Assembly: GCF_963921235.1 (NCBI RefSeq)
Contig: NC_086097.1
Span: 126,420,001-126,484,000 of the forward strand
Length of the DNA stretch: 64,000 bases
Source: Mobula hypostoma
Taxonomy: Eukaryota
Direction: 5' to 3'
In this document: piece by piece, positions 50,421-62,754 of the stretch
How the letters are laid out: every line of letters starts with the position of its first letter
How positions within the stretch are numbered: position 1 is the first letter of the stretch
Made by a program: the position numbers and the translations under genes
The notes under the pieces: generated by a model
Databases searched by the model: none
Told to the model about the DNA's origin: nothing
The model's input: the letters and a program-made list of their open reading frames with translations, nothing else

Positions 50421-50843
50421 GGAATGTCAAATGCTTTGCTGGAAAAATAAAGCTAAGAATCAGAGAAGTTGGATGTGCAAGACCAAAAAGAAAGTATGAA
50501 TAGTATAACCTGTATAGTTACAATCGCAGCTAAATAGATCATGGGATATAGAATATTGACTGGGAAAGAAACAGCAGACGTGTACCAATATGAATGTATA
50601 TGCCTGAGTATAGAAAAGAGACAGGTAGAAAGGGCAACATAATGAAGGAAATCAAAGCAAAAGTAGGTCATGTGATTCCTTTGACTGTGTCCTGCACTTT
50701 AGTATTTTGTCTGATCCTACAGTTCTATCCCTACATCTCTTACTACAGTAAGTGTTGCCTGTCCTCTCAAACACGACATTGAATACTTCCAGTAGCAGAG
50801 TAACCACAGGCCTCCACCTTTGCAGAGAGAAGTTACAATTTAC

Positions 50844-50925
50844 CTCACTGTGAAAGGACTGAACCCTGGGTTCTGGATGCTCCAGACAAAGGAAGAAGTC
50901 ACCCAACGTCTGCCCAAATAATCAA
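50844..50925 (-). CDS. Host gene candidate exon E (DYLGRRWVTSSFVWSIQNPGFSPFTV)
   Basis: cttttgtag acceptor, GAG|gtaaat donor, 82 nt, phase 1->2; only open frame from this acceptor. Confidence 0.65.
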
Positions 50926-52472
50926 CTACAAAAGCTGATATTCTGTACATGCCAATGAAAATAACCTTAATGAATAGTTTTCCCTCAGTTTTTACCGTGG
51001 AGAAATGCATAAACACTTCAGAACCAGGACAAGCAAATGAGGTCATGAGGATAGCTCACATTACAGTAGAGGAGGTGCGAGATGATACAAGGTACGAAAA
51101 TAGATAAATCTCCAGGGCAACTAGGTGTATCCAAAAACACTGTGGGAGGCAAGAGAAGAAATCATAGGAGCCCTGACTGAAATATTTACATCATTGTTAG
51201 CCATGGGTGAGGTGGTGGTAGACTGCAGGATAGTGAATGAAGCGCTTTTATTTAAGAAGCATGGCAGAGTTACTGGAGATTATCCTAAGGATAAGATATA
51301 TATGTATCTGGAAAGAGAGGGGTAGTCAGCATAGCTCTATGGATGGGAGATCAGTCCTTAAAAACTTGATTGAATTTTTAGATGAGACGACTACACAAGC
51401 TGATGAGGGGAGGGAAGTAGACATGGTTTATACGGGCATTTAGTTTATATGACCTTTTTTATAAGGGAAGCTTCTCTGGAAGATTCTAGCACATGGGATC
51501 CAGGGAGAGCGAGCTAGCTGAATTCATAACAGGCTTGATGGTAGAAAGCAGAGGGTGACTGCAGAAGTTTCTCAGACTGGAGGCCTGTGACAAGTGGTGT
51601 GCCTCAATGCTCGGTGCTGGGCCCATTGTTGTTTGTTATCTATATCAACAATTTGTAGAGGAGTGCACAAGGCAGGGTTAGTAAGTTTGCAGATGACACT
51701 AACATAGGTGATACTGTACACAATGAAGAAGGTTATCAAAAGCTACAGGGGAATCATGATCAACTCAGTAAGAATGGCAAATCGTGTTTAATTTAGATAA
51801 GTGAAGTATTGCATTTCGGAAAGTCAAGTCCAGGAGGGACTTTCATGGCGAATGGCAGGGCCTTGGGCAGTGCTATTGAACAGATTACAATACATAGTTC
51901 TCTGAAATTGGAGTCATGGAGTCATTAGTCACAGAGTGGCTAAGCCTTTGGTATTCAGATTCATAAATCAGGAGATTGAGTACAATAGTTGGGAGGTCAC
52001 AGTGCAGTTGTACAGGACCTAGATGAGGCTGCACTTGGGAGTATTGTGTTCAATTTTGGCCCACAGCCATAGGAAGGATGCTACTAAACTGGAAAAGGTG
52101 AAGAAAAGGTTTACAAGAATGCTGCCAGGACTTGGGAGACTGAGTTATAGAGACAGGCTGGACAGGCTAAAACTTTTAGTCCTTACAGTGCATGAGACTG
52201 AGAGGTGAACTTATAGAGATGTATAAAATCATGCGAGACTAGATAGAGTGGATGCACTCAATCTCTTCCAAGAGTTGGGGTATCGAGAAGCAAAGGGCAT
52301 AGGGTGAAGTTGAGAGGGGAAAGAATTGAGAGGAACTTGAGGGGCAACTTTTTTTTTTACACTGATTCCATGTGGAATCATCAGCCAGAGAAAGTGGCTG
52401 AGGCAGGTACATTAACAACTTTTAAACATCAGGGCATGTTGCTTTAACAACTTTTAAGACAATTGGACAGGT

Positions 52473-52757
52473 TGTGGCGACCCACTTTCCAGCACACACG
52501 AACCGGCTCACGAAACAACGCGTGCAGAGGGCCGGCCCCAAAAAGAGCGACAGGCCATCTTCACCAGCAGGGGGAAAATCCCGCGTGCGGAAAGGGTCTG
52601 GGAATATGCATTCCCCACAGCAGTCCCGCCCCAGGGAGGGCGGGAATGGGAAGGCTTTAAAGCAGGCCGCGAAGTTTGAATAAATCTCTTTTCATCACAA
52701 CTCTAACTCACCGACTACGAGTGGTTATTTTAGCGCTGTGCATAGCACACCGCTACA
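52473..52757 (+). repeat. 5' LTR (285 bp)
   Basis: tgtggcg...cgctaca; AATAAA at 52679-52684. Confidence 0.95.
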
Positions 52758-52759
52758 TT

Positions 52760-52771
52760 TGGTGACCCCGA
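52760..52771 (+). promoter_or_regulatory. Primer-binding site complementary to tRNA-Trp
   Basis: TGGTGACCCCGA, 2 nt after the 5' LTR; matches the start of the canonical tRNA-Trp PBS (TGGTGACCCCGACGTG). Confidence 0.85.
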
Positions 52772-55700
52772 TGGCCCAAACGATATTTGGAACAGAGATG
52801 ACCTACGCCGCATCTGTTCACGCAGTTTCGTTACAACTGCCAAGCTTTTGGCCGCTGAGAGTCCGTCTGTGGTTTGAACAGGCAGAAGCACAATTCCACA
52901 TTCGGCAGATAACCTCAGAGTCCAGTCGTTACTACTATGTGCTGAGCTCCCTCGACCAAGAGACTGCTGCACAAGTTGAGGAGTTTATACAGTCGCCCCC
53001 AGAGAACGGCAAATACACAGCATTTAAAACCCTGCTCATAAGGACTTTTGGACTCTCACGGCGCAAACGAGCACGCCGCTTAATGCACCTGGATGGTTTG
53101 GGAGACAGGCCACTGTCGGCATTAATGAAAGAAATGCTGGCCCTGGCTGAAGGACACAAACCCTGCCTCATGTTTGAGCAGGCGTTCCTAGAGCAACTGC
53201 CCGAGGACATATGCCTGCTGCTGTCCGACGTAGATTTCAGCGACCCCCGGGAGGTGGCGTCCCGGGCAGATGTGCTGTGGAATGCCAAGAAGGAGAGAGG
53301 GGCGCCTGTCGCACAGATCATCAAGCCGCGTGCCCAAAGGCAGACCAGACCAGGCCCAGCAGCAGAGCCCAATGAACAATGGTGCTTCTACCACCAGCGG
53401 TGGGGCACAGAGGCCCGCCGCTGTAGACCACCCTGCAAATTCCTGGGAAATGCCAAGGCCCAGCCGCTGCCGATTGCTACGGCGGCTGGCCATCAGGACA
53501 GCCTCCTGTATGTCTGGGACAAGCAGTCGGGACGCCAATTTTTGGTTGACACTGGAGCGGAGATCAGCGTTTTACCTCCAACGAGTTATGACACCCGCAA
53601 CAGAGAACCGGGACCCACCCTGAGGGCCGCAAATGGCAGCACAATATGAACCTACGGCACCCGCACGGTGCGGCTACAGTTCTGCTCCAGCCGGTTCACG
53701 TGGGACTTCACACTGGCCGCCGTGGCCCAACCACTCCTGGGGGCGGATTTTCTGCGAGTCCACAGCCTGCTGGTCGACCTGCAAGGGAAGCGATTAGTCC
53801 ACGCCAAGACTTTTCAAATGTTCTCCCTGGGTGAAGCAAAGTTGCCAGCCCCACACCTAGACTCCATCACGCTGTCCAACGATGAATTCACCAGGGTCAT
53901 GGCGGATTTCCCATCAGTACTGACACCGCAGTTCACGGCAGCCATGCCCAGACACAGAGTACAGCACCATATCCCGACCCAGGGACCACCCCTCCACGCC
54001 CGTGCTCGAAGGCTTCCCCCGGACAAGCTCCGACTGGCGAAGGAGGAGTTCAAGAAGATGGAGGAATTGGGGATCATATGACGGTCCGACAGCCTATGGG
54101 CCTCCCCCCTGCACATGGTGCCCAAGGCAACGGGGGGCTGGAGACCATGCAGTGACTACCGCAGACTGAACGAGGCTACAACGCCAGACCGCTACCCTGT
54201 GCCGCACATTCAAGACTTCGCAGCAAACCTACACGGCGCAAGGATCTTTTCCAAGGTAGACCTCGTCCAGGGATACCATCAAATCCCGGTACATCCGGAC
54301 GACATCCCCAAAACAGCACTCATCACCCCATTCGGCCTAAAGAATGCGGCACAGACATTCCAGCGGCTAATGGACGCGGTGGGACGTGACCTGGACTTTG
54401 CATTCATCTATTTGGACGACATCTTCATAGCCAGCAGTAGTCGGCAGGAGCATCTGTCCCACCTCCGCCAGCTCTACTCCCGCCTGAGTGAATTCGGCCT
54501 TTCAATCAATCCAGCCAAATGCCAGTTCGGACTCGACACCATCGACTTCCTGGGCCACAGGATTACTAAAGACGGGGCAACCCCGCTGCCCACCAAGGTA
54601 GATGCGGTCCACCACTTCCCCCGACCCAACACAATCAAAGGCCTGCAGGAATTCGTGGGTATGGTGAATTTCTACCACCGTTTCCTCCCCTCAGCAGCCC
54701 GAACCATGCGCTCCCTGTTCACTCTGATGTCAGGTAAGGGCAAAGAGATTACCTGGGACGAAGAGGCTGCAGCCGCTTTCATTAAAACCAAAGAAGCCTT
54801 GGCAAACGCTGCGATGCTAGTGCACCCCAGAACGGACGTTCCTACTGCCCTCACGGTGGACGCATCCAACACAGCAGTCGGAGGAGTGCTGGAAAAACTC
54901 ATCGAGGGTCGCTGGCAACCCCTGGCGTTCTTCAGCAAACACCTACGACCACCCGAACTCAAATACAGTGCTTTCGACCGGGAGCTATTGGCACTATACC
55001 TGGCAATCTTACATTTCAGGTACTTCTTAGAAGGTAGGCCCTTCACCGCGTTTACAGACCACAAACCGCTTACCTTTGCATTCACGAAGGTGTCCGACCC
55101 CTGGTTGTCCCGCCAGCAGCGACATCTGTCCTACATCTCCAAGTACACGACGGACATCCGGCATGTCTCGGGAAAGGACAACGTCGTGGCGGATGCACTA
55201 TCCAGACCTACCATACAGGCCCTGTCCCAGGGGGTGGACTATGCAGCGCTGGCAGAGGCACAGCAGGCAGACACTGAGATCCCCAGTTACAGGACTGCAG
55301 TCTCCGGTTTACAGCTCCAAGACCTCCCCGTAGGCCCAGGTGAAACGACCCTACTATGTGACGTAGCTACCGGCCAACCCCGCCCCGTTGTCCCAGCAGC
55401 CTGGCGCCGGCGGGTGTTCGAATCCATTCACAACTTAGCGCACCCCTCCATCAGGACAACCGTCCGGCTGGTCTCCAACAGGTTCGTGTGGCATGGACTT
55501 CGTAAACAGGTCAGTGAATGGGCCAAAACGTGCATGCAGTGCCAAACGGCCAAGGTGCAGCGGCACACCAAGGCTCCGACACAGCAGTTCGAACCCACCC
55601 ACCGGAGGTTCGACCACATCCATGTGGATATCGTGGGGCCCCTGCCAGTGTCACGAGGAGCGCGGTACCTCCTAACTATGATAGACCGGTTCACCAGATG

Positions 55701-56718
55701 GCCAGAGGCAGTCCCGCTCAGCGACACCACCTCCGAATCCTGCGCCCGAGCACTGATCGCAACCTGGGTAGCACGCTTCGGGGTACCGGCCCACATTACC
55801 TTCGACAGGGGCGCCCAGTTCACCTCCAGCCTGTGGTCGGCTATGGCCAGCCTTTTAGGATCGCAGCTACACCACACAACTGCCTACCAACCACAGTCGA
55901 ACGGACTAGTGGAGCGTTTCCACTGTCACCTGAAGTCGGCTCTCATGGCCCGCCTGGAAGGGCCTAACTGGGTGGACGAGCTTCCCTGGGTCCTGCTCGG
56001 AATCCGCACGGCGCCCAAGGAAGATCTGCACACCTCGTCGGCCGAGTTGGTGTACGGCGCATGCCTGGTCGTCCCAGGAGAGTTCATACCAGCCCCAACG
56101 GGGCAAGAGGAAGAACCCACAGCAGTCCTGGACAGACTACGGGAGAGGCTCGGTAACCTGGCCCCCATACCCACTTCACAGCACGGACAGAGCCCGACCT
56201 GCGTACCCAAAGACCTGCAGAACTGTAAGTTTCTTTTTTTACGACGGGGCAGACACCGGGCACCGCTACAGCGGCCCTACGAGGGACCGTTTAAGGTGAT
56301 CAGGAACAACGGGTCCATGTTCGTGCTGGACATTGGGGGGAGAGAGGAGGTTTTCACGGTGGACCGACTCAAACCGGCCCATGTGGACTTGGCACAGCCG
56401 GTCCAGGCTCAGGCACCGCGGCGCAGGGGCAGACCTCCCAAACAGAGGCCGATCCAGACTGTGGACATTGGGGGAGGTATCACCGGTTCTGGGGGGGGCG
56501 GGGGTTATGTGGCGACCCACTTTCCAGCACACACGAACCTGCTCACGAAACAGCGCGCGCAGGCAGAGGGCCGGCCCCAAAAAGGGCGCCAGGCCATCTT
56601 CACCAGCAGGGCGAAAATCCCGCGCGCGGAAAGGGTCTGGGAATATGCATTCCCCACAGCAGTCCCGTCCCAGGGAGGGCGGGAACGGGAAGGCTTTAAA
56701 GCAGGCCGCGAAGTTTGA
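52771..56718 (+). pseudogene. gag-pol: Single-frame gag-pol polyprotein broken by two TGA stops
   Basis: ORFs 52738, 53668 and 54115 share one frame. CFYH..C..PC knuckle, FLVDTGA protease, YLDD RT, TVDAS RNase H, HHCC plus DDE integrase, and GPF motif. Confidence 0.9.
56491..56504 (+). promoter_or_regulatory. Polypurine tract
   Basis: ggggggggcggggg just 5' of the 3' LTR. Confidence 0.8.
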
Positions 56719-56794
56719 GTAAATCTCTTTATCGCAACTCCAACTCACCGACTCAGTGTGGTTATTCTAGCGCTGTGCGTAGCACACCGCTACA
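56508..56794 (+). repeat. 3' LTR (287 bp)
   Basis: About 17 substitutions and 2 indels relative to the 5' LTR by manual count. Confidence 0.95.
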
Positions 56795-57054
56795 AGGTAC
56801 ATACCGTAGATTGGAATGGGTTAGAAGGTTATGGGCCATATGCCAGTAAGTGGGACTAGTTTGTATGGGGCATGAATCAGTTAGGCAAAAGGGCAAGTTT
56901 CACTGCTGTATGACACCATGTCTCTGTGAATAGCACTTATTCTTCAAACTTCTACGTTTTCCCAATAGTTCTTCACTGGACAACTTTCCCATCCCTAAAT
57001 GTCATGGAGTGGCTGTTCCTCCAGTTAAAGATGTGATCTCCAGCAGCTGAATAG

Positions 57055-59255
57055 ATCATGATAAGACCATAGGGCAAAGGAGTGGAATTCAGCCACTTGA
57101 CCCATCAAGTCTGCTAAATAATTCCATCATGGCTGATTTATTATTCCTCTCAACACCATTCTCCTGCCATCCCCCCATAGTCTTTGACACCATCACTAAT
57201 CAAGAACCTGCCAATCTCCACTTTAAAAATACCTAATAACTTGGCCTCCATAGTTATGTGTGACAATAAATTCCACTGATTCACCACCCTCTGGCTAAAG
57301 AAATTCCTCCTCATCCTCATCCCTGTTCTAAAGGGACTTCCTTCTATTCTGAGGCTGTGTCCTCTGGTTCTAGACTCCCGCACTATAGGAAACACCCTCT
57401 CTATGTCCACTCTGTCTAAGCCTTTCAATATTCAATAGGTTTTGATGAGATAACCCTTATTCTTCTAAACTCCAGAGTACAAGCCCAGAGTTATCAAACA
57501 CTTCTCTTACGTTAACCCTTTCATTCCAGAATCATTCTCATTAACCTCCTCGGTGCTCTCTAATGCCAGCACATCCTTTCTTAGATAAGGTGCCCAAAAC
57601 TGCTCACAATAATTCAAGTATGGTCTGACCAGTGCCTTATAAAGTCTCAGCATTACATCCTTGCTTTTATATTCTAGTCCTTTCGAAATGAATGTTAACA
57701 TTGCATTTGCCTTCCTTACCACCAATTCAACCTGTAAATTAACCTTCAGGGAATCCTACACAAAGACTCTCAAGTCTCTTGCACCTCTGATTTCTGAAAT
57801 TTCTCCCCAATTATAAAATCATCTATGCCATTATTCCTTCTGCCAAAGTGCACAATCATATACTTGTCTACACTATATTTCATCTGCCACTTCTTTGACC
57901 ATTTTCCCAATCTGTCCAAGTCCTTCTGCAGACTCCCTGCTTCCTCAACACTACCTGGCTCCCTACCTAGTTTCATATTGTCTGCAAACTTGGCCACAAA
58001 GCCAAGAATTCCATCGTCCAAATCATTGATATACTGTATACAATGAAAAGAAGTGGTCCCAACACCAACACACTGCGGTCACTGGCAGCCAACTACAAAA
58101 GGCCCCCTTTATTCCCACTATTTGCCCCCTGTCGGTCAGCCAATCTTCTATCCATGCTCGTATTTGTCTTGTAATACTATGGGCTCTTATCTTGTTTAGC
58201 ATCCTCATGTGTGGCACCTTCTCAAAAGCCTTCTGAAAATCCAAATGAACAACATCCCCTGACTCTCTTTTGTCTCTCCTGCCAGTTATTTCCTCAAAGA
58301 ATTCCAACAGATGTGCCAGTCAAGATTTCCTTTAAGGAATCATGCTGAATTTGGCCTATTTTATCATGTGCCCCCAAGTACCCTGAAACCTCATGCTTAA
58401 TAATGGACTCCAGCATCTTCCCAAAACTATTGCAGTCAAGCTAGTTGGCCTATAATTTCCTGTTTTTTGCCTCTTTCCTTCCTGAAAAAGTGGAGTGACA
58501 TTTGCAATTTTCCAGTCCACCAGAATCATTCCGGAACTTAGTGCTTCTTAAAAGATCACTACCAATATCTCTGCATTCTCTTCAGCTACCTCTTTCAGAA
58601 CCCTGGTATGTAGTCTATCTGATCCAGGTGACGTCAGCCTTCAGACCTCTCAGCATCCCAAGCACCTTCTCTAGCAACTACAAGTCAAATCTGGTTCATT
58701 ATACAACACCCAACCCAGAATTGACTTTTCCCTGGTGGGCTGAACCACAAGCTGCTCTAAAAAGCCATCTTGTAGGCATTCTATCAATTCCTTCTCTTGG
58801 GATCCAGCCGCAGACTGATTTTACCAATCTACCTGCATATTGAAATTGCTCTTTCTGCAAACCTTTTCTATCCCTCATTGTAATTCATACCCAAATCCTG
58901 GCTACTGTTCGGAAGCCTGCATGTAACTCCCATCAGATTACTCTTGCCCTTGCAGTTTCTTAAACTCCACCCACAAGGATTCTACATCTTCTGATTCTAT
59001 TTCACCTCTTTTCAAGTATTTAATGTCATTTTTTACCAACAAAGCCAACCCACCCCTCTGCTTACTGCCAGTCCTTTCAATACTATGTGTATCCTTGGAT
59101 GTTAAGCTCCCAACTATGATCTCCTTTCAGCCACAACTCAGAGATGCCTACAACATCACACCTGTCAATCTCTAACTCCACTACCAGCTCATCTACCTTA
59201 TTCTGTATACTGCATGCATTCACAGAAAGCACCATCAGTCCTGTATTCATCATAA
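57055..59255 (-). mobile_element. Decayed CR1 (APE start, internal deletion, RT, tail)
   Basis: ORFs with NACSIQNK/ISELW, DFQKAF, FADN, EQFWAPYL and FFSQRVVN. Confidence 0.85.
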
Positions 59256-59309
59256 TAGGGTACAAGGGGATATGATACCAAAGCATAAAGACCTGCCACA
59301 TGCAAACAG

Positions 59310-59968
59310 GTACTGTAGCGTAGTGGTTAGCATCACGCTTTACAGCACCAGTGATCAGGGTTCAACTTGCACCTCCGAATGTAAAGAGTTTGTATGTTAG
59401 ACTGTAAGACATAAGAGCAGAATTCGGCCATATGGCCCAGCGATTCTGCTCCGCCATTCCATCATGGCTGATTTATTATCTCTCTCAACCTCATTCTCCT
59501 GCCTTCTCCCCATAATCTTTGACACACTTACTAATCAAGAACCTGTCAACCTCTGCTTTAAATATACCCGATAACTTGGCCTCCACAGCTATCTGTGACA
59601 GTAAATTCCACAGATTCACTCACCCCTGGCTAAAGAAATTCCTCCTTACCTCTGTTCTAAAGGGACAACTTCTATTCTGAAGCTGCGCCCCCTGGTCCTG
59701 GATTACCCCACTATAGGAAACATCCTCTCCACATCCACTCCATCTAGCCCTTTCAATACTCGATAGGTCTCCCTGTGACCGTGTGAATTTCCGCTGGGTG
59801 CTCTGGTTTCCTCTCATATGGGTTACTAACTTGCAGACCTGCTGTGTTGGTACTGACAGCATGGCAACACTTGTGGGCTGCCCCCAGCACATCCTAGGAC
59901 TGTGTTGGTCGTTGACGTAAACAACGCTCTTCACTGTATGCTTCGATGTACATGAGACAAATAAAGCT
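59310..59968 (+). mobile_element. V-domain SINE split by an inverted CR1 tail (~59399-59768)
   Basis: tRNA head tagcgtagtggttagc/gggttcaac. The sequence gagtttgtatgtt resumes as ctccctgtgacc after the CR1; tail gacaaataaagct. Confidence 0.8.
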
Positions 59969-60668
59969 TACTTTTGAATCAATTGCTTCCCATTCCTGCA
60001 ACAACATGTTAATTTACAATGTGCATGTGACAAATAAAGCAATATGCAAATAGGAGGTACACTAATTTTCGGGAGCGAGGGAGGGAGGAGAGATTGTCAA
60101 ATCAGTGAACCTGGCCTGGAATGGCCTTGGGTGAGTTACAGACGTGCTTGCAGTTTTCTCAACTCTAAAAAACCCTTGGTCTGTTGAACATGGGCAAGCA
60201 CAACAAAATGGTTTACCTCTAGAGAGCACGTCACAAGCTTGTGAGATGTTACTGTGTGTACTTTTTTTGGTTTGCTATTTCTGGGCACATCCACAGATGG
60301 GAAAATGATGCCCAAAAGAGCCATGACCAAGCAGCTCGCAGGATGGGGGAGGAAGCAGAAAGAGCCGCTTGCTGGATATGGAGCAGGGGAGAGGATTGAG
60401 CTGGAAGTCAGGAGCAGATGGGCAGTGACTTGGCCACCACTGCTGACCCGCCAGCTGCAGAGTGTAGTGGTTAAAGGTCAAAACACTCGATAAAGGTTGG
60501 GCACCACCTGACGATGTCTGCTCCTGGCCAAAGGCTACAGTTACCTCATCAGGAAACTGGAGAGAGATCCGTGTGTATGATGCAAGTGTCGTGAATGTAC
60601 ATTTATAAAACAAAGCAATACAGAGCCACAGTCTGTCCAGAGTGTCAGTGGGGAAAATCCACCCTTAC

Positions 60669-60768
60669 ATTGCAAGTTCCCTGATGTGATACTAACCTTG
60701 CTAATTTCACGACAGCCTGCGGGCCTGCTCAGTGATTCCCTTACTTCAGAATCAATTGCTTCACATTC
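60669..60768 (-). CDS. Host gene candidate exon D (ECEAIDSEVRESLSRPAGCREISKVSITSGNLQ)
   Basis: ggttgcag acceptor. Three possible donors; T|gtaagg at 60668 gives the phase 1 needed for exon E. Lies inside ORF 60541..60774. Confidence 0.5.
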
Positions 60769-61199
60769 CTGCAACCAAATGTGAGTTTATGAAAAATGTT
60801 ATTTATGAAATGCTTCCTTCATCGCAATGCCAGGAATTTATCAAAGGTTAGTGCCTCAATACACACGCATAAAGATTGAATTCTTATCTGCAGGTACACC
60901 CGCTTGCTTTTTAAATGGTAAAGAGCAGAGATTGGTATGATTCATACAATATCAGATCTTCTCCAGCGAGGCTTAGCTTGGAGCCAGCTTGTTATATCAC
61001 TTGAACAGAGAATGTAAAGCAAGAACCAGCAAGGTCTCTGCAACATTTGTTATACCTGCTGGAAAATGAAATGCTAAACCCACTGCCAAAGGAGCCTATC
61101 CATTATTCTGTAACGTTGTACTTTTTCCTGGGACATTGGGAAATAGATCTTATGCTCCAAGCAGGAGTGGAGATTGCAGCTTCCCTGCTTCAGATGAAT

Positions 61200-61530
61200 A
61201 CTACGACCAACAGATCTGAGTAAGCAAGCATGTAGCCAATCAGACTGCACTGGAATCTTGCAGACTGGGTCTCCTGGGGCGTGGATTTCAAAGACTATGT
61301 GCCAAAGGCCAACTCTGGAACTGCCCAGATGACACACTCCTGAATTAGCAACAAACTCTGAAGCAAGCGCTCAAGAGATTCCTGACAACAGGTTCACTTG
61401 ACCACATACGCTGTGACCTGCAGGTCAGCCAGGAAGCAGAGTGCCTATATCTCTGGCATGTGGGACTGTAGGCACTGCGGGAAGCTTTGTGTCTCGCGCG
61501 CCAGGTTCTTCTCTCACTCTACTGAATTGC
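61200..61530 (+). mobile_element. Possible old RTE-clade LINE 3' remnant
   Basis: CRHCGKLCVSRARFFSHS resembles the RTE C-terminal C2H-type finger. Confidence 0.35.
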
Positions 61531-61750
61531 ATCATTTACTGACTGGCTTTCTACTCCTCGCCTCATCCACCAGGACAGCCTCTCTCTATGTCATGATCTA
61601 TCCCTCAAGTACCAAGAGTTAATAAACATCAATACAGTCGCTCTGAGAAAACCTTAGAAGTGAAACTTACAAGTTAGACTTAAGAATTAAGAACTGTCCT
61701 TATGAGAAGAGATAATAGGCTTCATGTGGCAGGAAAAAAGGCCAGTTCAC

Positions 61751-61870
61751 CTTGTAATTCAACGGTCTGCTCCTATCATTCCTCGCAGGAACCCTTTCCT
61801 TCAAGTCTCCAACTCCTTTGTTGTCGCTGTCCCCAAATGGAAGTTCACTATTAGAACAGGCGTTGGATTT
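61751..61870 (-). CDS. Host gene candidate exon C (KSNACSNSELPFGDSDNKGVGDLKERVPARNDRSRPLNYK)
   Basis: ttctgttgcag acceptor, AAG|gtgaac donor, 120 nt, phase 0->0; lies inside ORF 61700..61900. Confidence 0.6.
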
Positions 61871-61929
61871 CTGCAACAGAATAATATCATACACCTTCAC
61901 ACACTTTTACCTGGTCTTGCTTGTGGATG

Positions 61930-62375
61930 AGTGAATCAGGTTTAATATCATCAGCATATATAGACATACATGGGTTCAACATCCATTCAGAAATCAGATG
62001 GCAGAGGGGAAGAAGCTGTTCTTGAATTGTTCAGTGTGTGCCTTCAGGCTTCTGTATCTCCTTCTTGATGGTAGCAATGTAAACAAGGCATGACCTGGGT
62101 GATAGGGGTCGTTAATGATGGATGCACCTCTTTTAGCATCGCTTCTTGAAGACTTTAAGAATAAACCTTAAGATGTGATCAGAATCAGATTGCTAACACT
62201 GACATATGCTGTGAAATTTGTTGTTTTGTGGCATCACAGTGCAAGACATAAAAAATTACAATGTTACAGTAAAGCAAATAGGTGGAGAAAAGGGATAGTG
62301 AGGTAGCATTCGTAGGTTCGTGGATTGTTCAGAAATCTGTTGGCAGAGGGAAAGCAGCTGTTCTTAACATGTTGA
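61930..62375 (-). mobile_element. Rex/Babar-type 3' fragments (two tails)
   Basis: Reverse complements of the 47905-48260 type sequence. Confidence 0.6.
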
Positions 62376-62499
62376 TTTAGAGTCTAGAGGTCAGACTCAT
62401 TTATAAATTTTGTAAAAGTCATCTTTAATCGTGCTCCCTTTGTATTCCCCCCACATTTTTCATTAACTCCTTCCACCAATAAGATTTTACTCCTCATTA

Positions 62500-62672
62500 G
62501 GAGCAATTTACCGTCCTCATTTAACCAATCAACCTGCACATTTTTGGGTAGTGGAAAGAAACCAGAGCAATTGGGGGAAACCTGTGCAATCACAGAGAAC
62601 ATGCAAACTCCACAAAGACAGCATCCAAGGTCAGGACTGAGCCAAATCTACTAGCTGTGCCACTGGGCCACC
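62500..62672 (-). mobile_element. V-domain SINE
   Basis: Reverse V core (tttgcatgttctc...gtttcccc..tgctctggtttc). Confidence 0.6.
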
Positions 62673-62754
62673 ATATTATTCTTCCCGCAAATTTGTACAA
62701 ATACATCAAAGCGGGGTAGCACAAAGGTGGAATTGTTCAACTTAAACATTTAGG

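Larger units (their letters stand above)
52473..56794 (+). mobile_element. Full-length Gypsy/Ty3 LTR retrotransposon with CsRn1-clade features
   Basis: LTRs TG...CA at 52473-52757 and 56508-56794; 4-bp TSD AGGT; tRNA-Trp PBS; PPT; gag-PR-RT-RH-INT order. Confidence 0.95.
51055..56925 (+). mobile_element. Decayed CR1 interrupted near its 3' end by the Gypsy element
   Basis: CR1 RT remnants at 51055-52472; the tail resumes at 56799 (ttggacAGGT|AGGTacatac). Confidence 0.8.

Noticed and set aside
52935..56748. Numerous overlapping and antisense ORFs in the Gypsy element; possible env
   Set aside because: GC-rich shadow ORFs. There is no room for env between integrase and the PPT.
60136..60613. 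Overlapping ORFs and donor-like sites at 60216 and 60544
   Set aside because: No convincing acceptor and phase fit, and the peptides are not protein-like; cannot be excluded without RNA data.
61074..61337. 87-aa minus-strand ORF after an AG
   Set aside because: Wrong phase for the exon chain, ends in a stop, and overlaps a probable RTE remnant.
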